The notes below the pieces were generated by a model that had not been told where the DNA came from, ran no database searches, and saw only the letters and a program-made list of their open reading frames with translations. Below, piece by piece: positions 1-12,832 of a DNA stretch of 64,000 nt. Position numbers and translations under genes: made by a program. Source of the DNA: Octopus bimaculoides (Eukaryota); the NCBI RefSeq assembly GCF_001194135.2, contig NC_068990.1, positions 32,284,588 to 32,348,587 of the forward strand, in the 5' to 3' direction. Every line of letters starts with the position of its first letter. Position 1 is the first letter of the stretch.

Positions 1-263
1 TCTGGGCAAGGTTGTTTATGGAAGACCAGCAGTCACCCATGCACTCCCAGCTTCCCCTCTCCACACCACCAATGTTATCCAAGGGAAAAGCAAGGGCCAA
101 TACAGCTTGACACCAGTGATGTCGCAACTCATTTCTACAGCTTTGTGAACTGGAGCAATGTGAAATAAAGCCTCTTGCTCAAGAACACAACACAACCTGG
201 TCCAGGAATCAAATTCACTACCTCATGATTGTGAACCTGACACTGTAACCACTGAGCCATGTG
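1..263 (-). mobile_element. CORE-type SINE, family B (truncated by the window edge)
   Basis: Reverse complement of the 62435-62772 element. A further reverse 3' part lies at 6524-6634 before a gap. Confidence 0.8.
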
Positions 264-1054
264 ATTAACCCCTAATTGGCATTAATGTTCATTCTTAGTT
301 GAGTGAATTGGAGTGATGGGAAATGAAATGCTTTGCTCAGGAGCACAATGCACCATCTGAGATATATATATATGTATGTATGTATGAATATACATATATT
401 ATGTATGTATGTATGTACGTACATGTGTGTGTGTGTGTGTAATGTTTATCAGTGTTAATTCAGAAAAATGCAGACCTCATAGTTGTAGAGTGGATATGTG
501 TGTATTAAACAGTATGATAGATTAGTTACATTTCCATTACTATACAGTTTTACATTATGGATTATTCATGTGGTATGCAATGGATTATTCATGTGGTATA
601 CATTTCTACTACACTGTTTCAAAAAATATTTTGCAATTTTGTGCCATGTGCATGGAAACCAGTAATGGAAGTAAGATTTTTATAGAGTGGTAGCTTATTG
701 TGAAAGTAGTGTTAAAATTTGTTGAAGAGAGAACTAAAGTAGGAAGGAAGGGTACAAGTTTGAAATCAAAGTACTTGGCAATATTAAATAAAAGGAACAA
801 GAAATATGCTCTTTATGTATTGTAGAGAATGCTTTGATACTGCAATCTACAAATGGTTTTAGCAGCTACCTGAACACTTACAAGAATGAATCAAACCTTG
901 CAGACATTTCCACAAATTTTTGTTTAAATTCTGGCATTCAAGTAATCTTCCTAATTATATATCCTGTACCTTCCTTCGCAGAACTCTGTAACAATTGTTT
1001 CCAACCTGCTACGAGATCATCTTATTTTATTTTATAACTTTGTTTTACTTTTTT

Positions 1055-1113
<59 letters not shown>

Positions 1114-1417
1114 ACAAAGGTAGCTATACACAATGTAAAGCCAAAAAGGAAAAATTCTTTTGTCACTAATTGTGATTGAGAGTGCAGAATAGCATCTACA
1201 TTGCTAAAAATATGACTTAAAATCTCTTAGAGCTGCAAAGAAGCACATGTCTATGCACTGTCAGGGGAGATAACTACTCCTCAGCGAGCGAGATTACCAT
1301 ACTAGTCTAGATTTGCTTAAAATTAAAACTCATCAGTGGTGACTACTCCATTGCTGGATGGTTTGGATAAAACCTGACTGTCAGTATATAGTATTGACCT
1401 TATAAATCAATGGCTGA

Positions 1418-1454
<37 letters not shown>

Positions 1455-2921
1455 TTCATATGTGCAGAAAACAAAAGGCAGGGACAGGTGAGGGAACAAC
1501 AAGCAGGTGTATTAGTTTGATGCTTGGGTAAAATAGAAAAGTCTTTGAAGTCTTGAACCTACTCCCTTTGATGGAAAGGGATGAGAGGAAGAAAAAATAG
1601 AGTAAAAAAAAACATTGGTATTAATGATTCCACATGTTGAAATGACTGGCATATGTTTGCAACTGGAAAGTTTCCAACAAAACAGTTTGTCTGATGTATG
1701 GTTTGCTCACTTGTCCCAGTACCTGGTCTCAGGAAGCTTAGCGCCATTACAATTAAGTGTTTTGGCCTTGGGTACAGTAGTGTAACACTATTGACCATTT
1801 CTACAGATAGCCAATAGTCAATTAATCTCAGCCATCTGTGACATCTTCCACATAATTCGTACATGTTTCACATTCATATATATGTTCGCATATTTCCTTT
1901 CAAGCTTAAATCATTGATACACACACACACACTCTCCTCTACACTGACACATGCTTTCATATAATAATGCAACTGTAAAGTGATTTATGGGCTATTCAGG
2001 AGAACAAGACAAATATAGTATTCATCATGTTTTAAAAAATTGTACCCACGTAGATGACAATGATGGAAGAAAATTTATTATATATTTATAGCTTCCTTTG
2101 CACCAATGCTGTCCCTCCCCACCACTGCACTACCACCTAGCACACTTCTCCATCACCACCACCACCACCACCACCGTCATCGTCATCATCAGCCAGTGCT
2201 GCTCTCATTAAACTAGAGAAATAAAAACATCAGAAAAATTTTCTAAAATATGATGGAACTTCATTAATTCTTAATTTTTTTCTAATTTCCATAATTTGTA
2301 TTTCAGTGAAATTAGACAATATCTTGCAGGTATTTTATGTGTTTCTTGAGCTGTTGTCACAATTAATTCTTCCTTGTAGTTTATGTCATTTTACTGTATT
2401 TTATCATCTTCTTCATTCCTGTATGTATTTCATCTTTCTTCTCAAACACTTGTTCATCTTCTCTGCAAAGAAGAAGAAGAAGGAAAAAAAAGAAAGAAGA
2501 GAAATTGATAATGAATAATTGGGGACTTGTTACTGGTGGCTGGTTGGTGCATGGAGTAGCTGGCAGGTTGGTCGTAGGACAAGCAATTCAGTGAGGGGAA
2601 AATATGTGAAAACAAAATTTAAATAAATGAATAAAAGCAACGAGGAGCTTTCAACTGAATGTGGAATAACTTAGCTTTCATTTCTGGTTTAAATTTAGAA
2701 GCAAACAACCACCACAACAAATTTCATTTGGACTGCTATTGTAATTTATGAGTGTATTGTGGAATAAATACATAAAAAAAAAAATAGTGTTTAGATCTTC
2801 ATTGTGGTATTCTTCTATGAGCAAGCTGTAGACATATATCTTGTTAGACTCTCACATAGCCAAGGATTATAAAACTCAATTTAATTAAGGGGGAAAAATA
2901 TTCATGCACGTGTGTACAAAG

Positions 2922-2979
<58 letters not shown>

Positions 2980-3787
2980 CATAAATATAAGTATCTTACA
3001 TATGTACACACATCATACTCATGCATACATGTATGTATACACACACACACACACACACACTCTTGCATATATATACACATACGAGATACAACCATGTGTA
3101 TATGTGAATATATCCAATATTGATTATTTCTTGAAGCTGATTGTGACATAAATATTCAGAGGTTTTGGTGTTAGTTTGAATATAAAAATGATTTAAAAAA
3201 AGATTTTCCATTCCTTTTTTATTTTCTATTTTACAATTATCTAAATTACCATTATCTGTATTACTATTATCTCTCTATACATTATTGCAGTTATCATTGT
3301 TTTTATGTTTACTTATAATTAAAACTATATTAATCTCTGCTCCTGAATCATGGAGTAGTGGGCATGATGTATCATGTATTCCCTCTTTGTTTTGTGTCTG
3401 TTTTCCCATGCTATTAGTATATTGTGCCTCTGGAGAAAGTATGTACGTGTGTGCCTCAGTTTATCTGAATGTCAGTGGATTTCACTTATGCTTCATGTTT
3501 GTGGGCCTGTCTGTCTGGAAAACAGTTGCTCCACCAAAAAATTATCTCTGTTATGTAGCATGAAGAAATGATTGTCACTTAGGAGCAGTAGTAAATCGTG
3601 ATTATGATGTGAAAGATAATGAAGTTTTGTTTGTGAATGAAACCTTTGTGACATAGTAAAAATGGTTTCAACCAGGAATTAAACTAGCTTCATGAGCCTT
3701 ACTGAGAGCTTATCATTAAACTATGGCATTTACCATAACTAATATCTATTACAACAACAACGATAATATTAATAATAATAATAATAA

Positions 3788-4938
3788 TCTGTTTTACTAT
3801 AGGCACAAGGCTTCAAATTTGGCGGAGGAGGATAGTAGTGTTTGATAGGTACTTATTTTAATGACCTTGAAAGGATGAAAGGCAAAGTTGACCTTGGTGG
3901 AATTTGAACTATGTCACTTACCATTTTGTCTGGCATGTTAACGGTTCTGCCAGCTTGTCACCTTAATAATAATAATAATAATCCTCTCTACGAAAGGCAC
4001 AAGGTCTGAAATTTTGGGAGAGAGGGCTAATAGATTACATTGACCTCAGTGTTTCACTGGTACTTAATTTATTGACCCCAAAAGGATGAAAGGCAAAGTT
4101 AACCTTGGCAGAATTTAAACTCAGAACATAGCGATGGATGAAATACCGCTAAGCATTTTGTCCAGCGTGCTAACAAGTCTGTCAGCTAGCCACCTTAATA
4201 ATAATAATCCTTTCTATTATAGATACAAGGCTTGAGATTTTGTGGGAGGGGACTGGCCAATCACATTGGCCCCCCCCCCCCAGTGTTTCACTGGTACATA
4301 ATTTATCGACCCTGAAANNNNNNNNNNCCCCCCCCCCCAGTGTTTCACTGGTACATAATTTATCGACCCTGAAAGGATGAAAGGCAAAGTCAGCTTTGGT
4401 GGAATTTGAACTTAGAACTTAGCAGCAGATGAAATATTGCTAAGCATTTCACTTGGCATGCTAACGATTCTGCCAGCTCACTACCTTAATAATAGTAATA
4501 ATGGTTTCAAATTTTACCACAAGGGCAGCTATTTTGGGGGACGGAATGAGTTGATTACATCGACCCCCTCCTCCCCTCCACCCCAGTGTTTCATTGGTAC
4601 TTAATTTATCGACCCTGAAAGGATGAAAGGCAAAGTCGGCCTTGGTGGAATTTGAACTCAGAATGTAAAGATGGACGAAATGTTGCTAAGCACTTTGTCT
4701 GACATGTTAACAATTCTGCTAGCTCGCTGCCTTTTATAATAATAGGCCTGAAATTTGAGGGAAGGGGCATGTTGATCACATCGACCCCCAGTACTTGACT
4801 GGTACTTAATTTATCGATCCTAAAAGGAAGAAAGGCAACGTTGACCTTGGTGGAATTTGAACTCAGAATGTAAAGACAGACGAAATACTGCTAAGAATTT
4901 CGTCCAGTGTGCTAACAATTCTGCCAGCTTGCCACCTT
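3788..4938 (-). mobile_element. Array of five head-to-tail family C tRNA-derived SINEs separated by (AAT)n
   Basis: Copies at about 3788-3964, 3982-4196, 4208-4487, 4502-4733 and 4744-4938, each containing GAAAGGATGAAAGGCAAAGT.GACCT.GG.GGAATTTGAACT. Confidence 0.88.
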
Positions 4939-4939
4939 T

Positions 4940-5005
<66 letters not shown>

Positions 5006-5014
5006 TATTATTAT
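4940..5014. repeat. (AAT)n then (ATT)n microsatellite
   Basis: Seen directly; it produces the poly-Ile ORFs. Confidence 0.97.
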
Positions 5015-6945
5015 TGCAAATACAACTGTAACACCAATTACAATAAGACTCAAACTTGTCATAATAACATATAGAACAATGGTAATAGCAATATCAATAA
5101 TAGTAAAAATAACTTAAGAGCAGCAGCAGTAGTAGTGGTAATGGTGGTGGTGGTGGTGATGATAGTAATTGCACTTGTAATATTAATAATAATAATACTG
5201 ATGATGATGATGATAACAACAATAAATTGTAAATAAATGTACTTTGTGTCATTTATTTATCTGCTATAATTCTGTTTCTGCTTCTGTGTAATATTTTATT
5301 GGAAATTCTGTAATAAACATTAGTTGTTTCCAATTCTGTATCTTGTAATGGTAATTGCCATATGTGGAATAAAGAGAATACTGTCTTTGGGAAATAGTGT
5401 AATCTTAATTACCATCACTTTACAGATTAAACTACATTTTGCATTAGAAGGAAATGGTTTTTACTCTCAACTTTATTGAGTATATCATAAAACAAGTGTT
5501 AAATCTTTCATTTAACTGCAGAATAGTTTCTTAGCAAAATATATTTTCCAAGACTGATATGTATATTGGATTGTGTGCAGAGGTGGATAGTTGATTAGAT
5601 AAGGTATTGGATTCTGTTTGTTGTGTAGAAATGGATAAAGTTGTAGGCTGTGAGTTCAAATCCAATGAAGAAATTACATTATGCTTAATGGGCAGAGTAT
5701 CTATTCTACATTATTTGGTTTCTTTTGATGTTCCTGGAAATAGGTATCATATCACTTGGGAAAGTTATCTGTGCTCGATTTGTCTTACCCAGGAGGAGAT
5801 ATCTCATATGCCATCTATATACTATTAAAAGTGAAGTTCAATCTTGCTTTGCTTGCTTGCTTGCAATGTTACACAGCCAAACATGGTGCATAATAGGAAA
5901 ATACTTTGAAAGAAAAGTGCCCCTGAAATGTGAATACAAATGGAATAAAACAAGTTTTGCGTAAATCGGACCAGTAGTTATTGAGATATTTGGGTTTGGG
6001 GTATAAATACCTAAAATGGTGCATAATGGGAAAATAACTTCACTCTGAAAAGGAAGAAACTCTAACTTTTCTATTAGACACATTATTATAGGCAAAATAT
6101 TTTTAAAGTGAAAATGACTTTAAAAATATGGTAAATATTTCATAAAAGACCTATTCATAACCTCGGTGTGAAATAGTTTTTTTTCATAGGTTTCTTTCAA
6201 GTGCATTCAACATATCTCGCCTCCAAAGATTTGGCTGCTATTTCTAGCACGTCCTGCCACCATGTAACAGCTATTTGCAATAAAGGCCCCAAAATACCTG
6301 TCATGTGGTAGCTGGGTATGCAAGAAATAGCAGCCAAATCTTTCCTTTTCTGGGGAAAGGAGCCATTTACGTGTGATTTCGATGTCACATACGTTGAAAG
6401 CATGTGAAATAACATGGAAAAGGCAAAAACAAAAAAAAACAACCATGAGATAAAACTCCATTGCTGGGAAACTCAGACCTCCCTGGTGGCTCAATAAATC
6501 ATGGGTAGTCTAGTAGATATCTAAAGGGTAAAGACCTTCTTTGGACATAATTGACCATGGGATTGCACCTAGTGAGTTACCCCCTAAGGCACAAGTCTGG
6601 GCAAGGTTGTTTATGGAAGACCAGCAGTCACCCATNNNNNNNNNNNNNNNNNNNNNNNNNNNNNNNNNNNNNNNNNNNNNNNNNNNNNNNNNNNNNNNNN
6701 NNNNNNNNNNNNNNNNNNNNNNNNNNNNNNNNNNNNNNNNNNNNNNNNNNNNNNNNNNNNNNNNNNNNNNNNNNNNNNNNNNNNNNNNNNNNNNNNNNNN
6801 NNNNNNNNNNNNNNNNNNNNNNNNNNNNNNNNNNNNNNNNNNNNNNNNNNNNNNNNNNNNNNNNNNNNNNNNNNNNNNNNNNNNNNNNNNNNNNNNNNNN
6901 NNNNNNNNNNNNNNNNNNNNNNNGTTCAGAATATTAGAAATATAG

Positions 6946-7772
6946 GATCTTTGTGGTTTTCGTCACTGTTTACAATTTTGTTCAAATTGTTTTCAAAGTT
7001 GGGATATGGATTAAGTTTTGTATACTAATTATGAAAATGAAATTCTTTTTACCTATAAATCTATAATTAAAAAATCATTAGCCTTTAAAATTTGCAAAAT
7101 TTGGGTATTTTAGCCAATCAGAAGTGAGTATTTTACACATCACTGTGGCAAAAACTCTGTTTCCGTAGTAACCAAAGATGCTGTGCATGTGCACAAGGAG
7201 GAGAAGGAGATATGAGAAAGATAATCTCATTAATATAATAATACTCTTGTGCTTTTCTCCGTCACAACATATGAATATGAAAGGAAGGAGTGATAGATGA
7301 ACGAGAAAAGAAAGGGGTGATAGATGAATAAGGAAGGAAGGGATAATGGTAAACTGCTAGTGGGAGCATTTCAACTCTGTGTGAGTATGTGTGTATGTAA
7401 AAGGGAGGTATGTGAATGTTTGTGTGTGCGCGATGGAAGTGGAATGGTGAGCATTCAATGCGAGAAAGAAAAATCAGCGTTTCAACTCTGTGTGAGTATG
7501 TATGTGTAAGTACAAGGGAAGTAGCAATGTTTTGACATGCCAACCTCCCTCCCCATCCCCGATGATGAAAAAGAGGCTGCGAACATGCTGTTTTCTGATT
7601 GGCTGAAAATTCTGAAAATTATCAAACTTGGAACATCTGTAACAATTTTGCAAAATTTTTCTGGAATAAATGAATAACAAATTCAGATTCAGTGTCAAAA
7701 ATTACATCTATATCATACATTAAAAATTTTTTTTAACGATAATTGTAAACAGTGACAAAAACCACAAAGATC
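6946..7772. mobile_element. Non-autonomous DNA transposon or foldback remnant
   Basis: 32-bp inverted repeat with one mismatch (6946-6977 / 7741-7772), inner inverted repeat near 7109-7123 / 7592-7607, internal direct repeat near 7366-7400 / 7476-7510. The left end abuts an N-gap. Confidence 0.55.
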
Positions 7773-8703
7773 TGAAATATGTTCTGAGAGATTGTAATAA
7801 TTTGTGAGCATTATCTGGACTAGTTTCATTATATATTTTGCATTTGAATATTCCCTGTACTTTATAATTGAATAGTTTGTTCAGCTTGTAAGCTGTATCC
7901 ACTGAATCAAATTTAATCTTATTTCATCTCAAATCCACTTAGGTAGAAATAAGACACTGAGTAGTTAATTTAATGAAACACCAATTTCATTTGATACATA
8001 ATTCTGTTCTTCAACAATGGTTGGTGTTGATCCATTTTGTGTAAGTTTCCTTCATACGTTTCTCCACTCTGTCTCCAGACAGGTTCACTTCCAAGACTGA
8101 CATCAAAATATAAAAGAAGTTGTGGCATGATTGATACAGTTTGAAAGTAATTATTGATACAGTATAGAAAGTGATTTATAGATGATAATTCACTGTCTTA
8201 TGGATGAAAAACACTAAAAAAAATCATTGTCTTTTGGAGAAATTTTGAACTCAGAATATAAAGTGCCACAAGAAATTCCACTAGGCATTTTGTTCGCCAT
8301 AGTAATGATTCTTTAGACTTGTTTTAGTCGTTAGACTGTAGCCATGCTGGGACACCACCTTGAAGAACTTTAGCTGAAAGAATTAACCCTAGCCCCTATA
8401 CTTTTGTAGAGTACTTATATTCAATCAGTCTCTTTTGCCAAACTGCTAAGTTACAGGTATGTAAACACACCAACATGGGTTGCCAAGCAGTGGTAGGACA
8501 CACACANNNNNNNNNNNNNNNNNNNNNNNNNNNNNNNNNNNNNNNNNNNNNNNNNNNNNNNNNNNNNNNNNNNNNNNNNNNNNNNNNNNNNNNNNNNNNN
8601 NNNNNNNNNNNNNNNNNNNNNNNNNNNNNNNNNNNNNNNNNNNNNNNNNNNNNNNNNNNNNNNNNNNNNNNNNNNNNNNNNNNNNNNNNNNNNNNNNNNN
8701 NNN

Positions 8704-8744
<41 letters not shown>

Positions 8745-9661
8745 GGCTTCTTTCAGTCTCTGTCTGCCAAATCCCCTCACAAGACTTTGGTTGATCCCAG
8801 GCTACAGTAGAAAACACTTACCCAAGGTGTCACAGTGGGACTGAACCCGGGACCATGAGGTCAGGAAGCAAACTTTTTACCACACAGTCACAACTGCATC
8901 TAATTGCTGTCAAATTTCTGAAAAATTTTTGGTTTTATTTCAGATCATTACAAAACAGCTTAATTCATTTTATTATTGTAATATGTTTTTTGATGCTGAT
9001 ACAAGCTGAAGGGACTGAAATATAACATTTGTCCATGTATTATGGTACTGCATTAATGAACCCTTTTCTCTCCAACTTTTCTTGGTCTAAATTTACTACT
9101 TTTTTTTTGTATTTGTTATATTTTATAGTCCTTTCAATGAGCTGAGATATTTCTGAAAAATCTTGTTGTTCTTTCTGTAATCTAGCAGAAACTATCTTCT
9201 ATGTTAGCCATCAAAACTGGATGCAATTTGTGGTTATAAAGATATGGTCATTATAACCTGAAAAGCACTGTTGTATGACCAATCAGCTGAATAAAGGAAT
9301 AATCTGTCAAAACTTTGAGAGGATCTGTAGACCCAAAATGTTGCAAATGCAAGGTTTTAGTCTCTGGCTACACATTACAGTCATGTCGTGTTTGGTTGAA
9401 TCAGATACAGCTGTCTGTGAAATAGAAGGCAAACCAAAAGGCAACAAATGAAACACCAAAATAGAATTCTCAGTTTTATCTGCAGTGCCTATTTATTGTT
9501 TTAGGACTTCCAGGCATTGAAGTATAGATCATTTCAACACAAGACATTCATGTGTGTATCATCTCAACACAGTGAAGAGTACATTGTTTACAGGCGAGGA
9601 GCATGTTACACTAGCATATTGTAGTAAAAATACATTGTACAACTGTCAGAACGATGTGGAC

Positions 9662-9704
9662 GCCTCTGATGAAAACCCAACAAGGTTTGAAAATCGATTA
9701 AGGT
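9662..9704 (+). ncRNA. Minimal type I hammerhead ribozyme motif with canonical core
   Basis: GCCT(9662-65) CTGATGA(9666-72) AAACC-caacaa-GGTTT(9673-88) GAAA(9689-92) ATCGAT T A|AGGT. Stem II 5 bp, palindromic stem III (AATCGATT), UUA cleavage triplet, 4-bp stem I. Confidence 0.75.
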
Positions 9705-10976
9705 TTTTCATAATTTTAAATGGCGGTGCCCCAGCATGGCCACAGCTCATGAGCTGAAACTAGATAAAATGAAAAATGAAAATGTACCAGCACATTGCAG
9801 AGTGCATCATATTATGCCAATGCATTGAAGAGTATATCATACCAATATGTTAGCTCAAAAATTGATCCTAAAAACATCATTCTCCAAATATATTTGGAGA
9901 AAGGAAAGAAGACTTCAGTTTCATATGATCAAATTTATAAGTAAAAAAAAAATAAAAGATTCGTTGTTTTGATTAGCAGATCGTTCATAACAACTTATAT
10001 TATCTTAAACCAATAAAAATGGAATTAATAGCAAATGACACAAATATACTTCCACCAGTGGCAATCAAACCCTATGGACATCAAATTTTATATGTCCTAC
10101 GCTTATTCACTACGTCTACTTCATGTTCACTAATGATCATTGATTTTTCACTTGGATATTATCTTCATGAAGTCATAACGTAGATTTATTAGTCTATTTG
10201 CTATCTGTCTCTCTCTCTTTCCCCACTGTGTGTGTGTATATATGTATATATATGTACACAAGTGTGTATGTCATCATCATTTAATATCTGTCTTCTATGC
10301 TGTCATAGTTTTCACAATTTGACAGGATTTGATGAGTTGAGGACCCATGCTCCAGTGTCTACTTCAGTGTAGTTTCTACAGCTAGATATCCTTCCTAATG
10401 CCAACCACTTTACAGTGTGTACTGGGTGCTTTTTTTTTCATGGCATCAGCACTAGTGAGGTTGTCATGTAACTTGCAAGACTGAGATCCTCATTGACTGA
10501 ATGTAATTGTATTAGAGGGGCAGGTGGCTTTGTGCTACATGTTTATAGAAAAGCAGGGGACAAAAACAATACATGGCTACCTTGTATTATATAAGGGTAG
10601 ATGTGAATTGTCAGGTAAAGCTGGAGAAATAAAAATGGTGATCACAAGGTGTTAGGAGGAGCCCTCAATGTACAAGATGATGAACAGAAAAGAGATTAGG
10701 GACAAGAACAAGAAGATTGGGGGAGGGGAGGTTTGAAGGGTGTAGGGATAGAGATGGTTAGAAATGGAGCAGGAGTGAGGGTGAATATAGTGAATGGTGA
10801 ACAAGTGTGGTGGGATGGTTGAAGAGAATAGGGAACATGATTGGCAGGAGTGAAAGGGTGAAGAGCAGCAGAATGTTATTAATTCAGGTGACAAGGGAAG
10901 GATGAAAGAAAGGGAGATGACTTGTGAATGGTGAGTAAGTAAGTTGTGAGAGTGTGAGGAGAGCAAGAGTTGTTTG

Positions 10977-11203
10977 GTGAGCTGGCAGAATCATTAGCAC
11001 GCCGGGCGAAATGCTTAGCAGTATTTCGCCTGCTACTACGTTCTGAGTTCAAATTTTGCCGAGGTCGACTTTGCCTTTCATCCTTTCGGGGTCGATTAAA
11101 TAAGTACCAGTTACGCATTGGGGTCGATATAATCGACTTAATCCGTTTGTCTGTCCTTGTTTATCTCCTCTCTGTGTAGCCCCTTGTGGGTAGTAAAGAA
11201 ATA
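10977..11203 (+). mobile_element. Family C SINE (young copy) inserted in an older purine-rich repeat
   Basis: A-box-like TGGCAGAATCATTAG and B-box GAGTTCAAATT; 16-bp TSD AAGAGTTGTTTGGTGA at 10965-80 and 11203-18. Confidence 0.88.
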
Positions 11204-12797
11204 AGAGTTGTTTGGTGATAGAGAGTGAGGAATCATGGAAATTATGTGTCAGTGATGTCATTATTGCCTGGTTTGAAATTATCAACAAATGTTATTCTAT
11301 TAAGTATTGCATTGTATGATATGTGTTGTAATGACTCCTTGTTGTAGATGCATAATCAACTTACGAGAAAGTGATACAAGTTTGTCCCAATTAGATGTAA
11401 ATGTTACAACTATTATTCTTGTGTACAAGTTTGTAAATTAATAGCCCATCTGAAATTTATTCAGTGGCTTGTTTTCATTAAGATTTCAGACTTTTGCAAT
11501 TTTGTAATATATTGTAATTACCAGTTTTGGTGTAACATGCTTTTCTATTCTGTTCAAATTCACGTGGGTACTTTTTCCAACATGTTCAACCATCTATATA
11601 CAGTGTAGTGTTTTTGATTCTTGTGATATTTTGTGCACATTGGTTCAGTTCTATCTGATGCTGGTAACACAACTACCTTTTATATTAAAGATCATTCATG
11701 GAAGCTATATTTGTTACAAAATATATGGCAAGACTTAATAATATAGAGCAGACTTAGTAATAAATTTAGACCACTCACTATGATGAAGATAGACCCTTGT
11801 AATAAAGATCAACTGCCATTTCCTCTTTGCTGACATCTGGTATTTTCAAGTTCAGCACTCACAGCATTATTATGAAAATCTATTAACTACTTTGAGAAGA
11901 TTGCAAAGGTTTAGCTATGCTGATTAAGCTTTGAACATTACTGTTGCCAATATAAAAGGCTTCTAGAGGAATATACACAATCTTTAATAGAGATAAATTA
12001 GGAGCACAGTTGCATTTTTAAAAACATACACTCACTTCATATATAAACATTATCTGTACTAACATGTGTGCATACGCATACATACTCACTCTCTGTCTTT
12101 CACTCTCTCTCTCTTTCTCTCACACACATGCTCAGGCATATATACACTGATGTACTGACACACTCACTTACGGTCACACATACATATACATACTCACTCT
12201 CAATTAAATTGTTATTCATTTTAAGTCTTAAAATCATTTCTGTTATTGAATTTGCGAAATGTTCAGTTCAATGTCTGTGACACAAATTGGTGAAAAAAGA
12301 AGTAGAACAGAGGATTTTTGGAAGCTTACTAAGTAATGTCTTCCTTTAATCTTTTGCCTTCTTAGACAACTTCTCTTTGATCTTTCTAGTACAACGCTGC
12401 ATTCATGATGAAATAATTAAGCTGCACTTTATTATTATTATTATTGTTATTATTATTAAGTAGTCTTACTTTTAATGCATGCTTTCACTTCACTACCAAC
12501 CTCAGTTCTGTGTACCTTGGGTATGTGCAGTGTTTCGTTTTGTTGTTTCTATTGTATTTGAAGTACTGAATGTAACATCTGTATGTTGCCTTTTGGTGCT
12601 ATGTTGTGCATATTTGTGAATACTAGCCCATGCATACATATATGTATTTGTGTTTGTGTGTTTGATGTTGGTGTGTTTATGTCACCCAACTTAGTGGTTT
12701 GGCAAAAGAGATTGATAGATTAAGTACTAGGCTTACAAAGAATAAGTCCTAGTGTCACAGTCATATGACTGAAACAAATAAAAGAATAAAAGAGTGC

Positions 12798-12832
<35 letters not shown>

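Noticed and set aside
2307-2329. 23-nt candidate microexon (TTTCAG|...GCAG|GTATTT)
   Set aside because: The phase-0-ending translation KLDNILQ does not match the expected RIC1 PK.LFE, and nothing else supports it.
4268-4377. 50-bp direct repeat on both sides of a short N-gap
   Set aside because: Typical unmerged contig overlap (assembly artefact).
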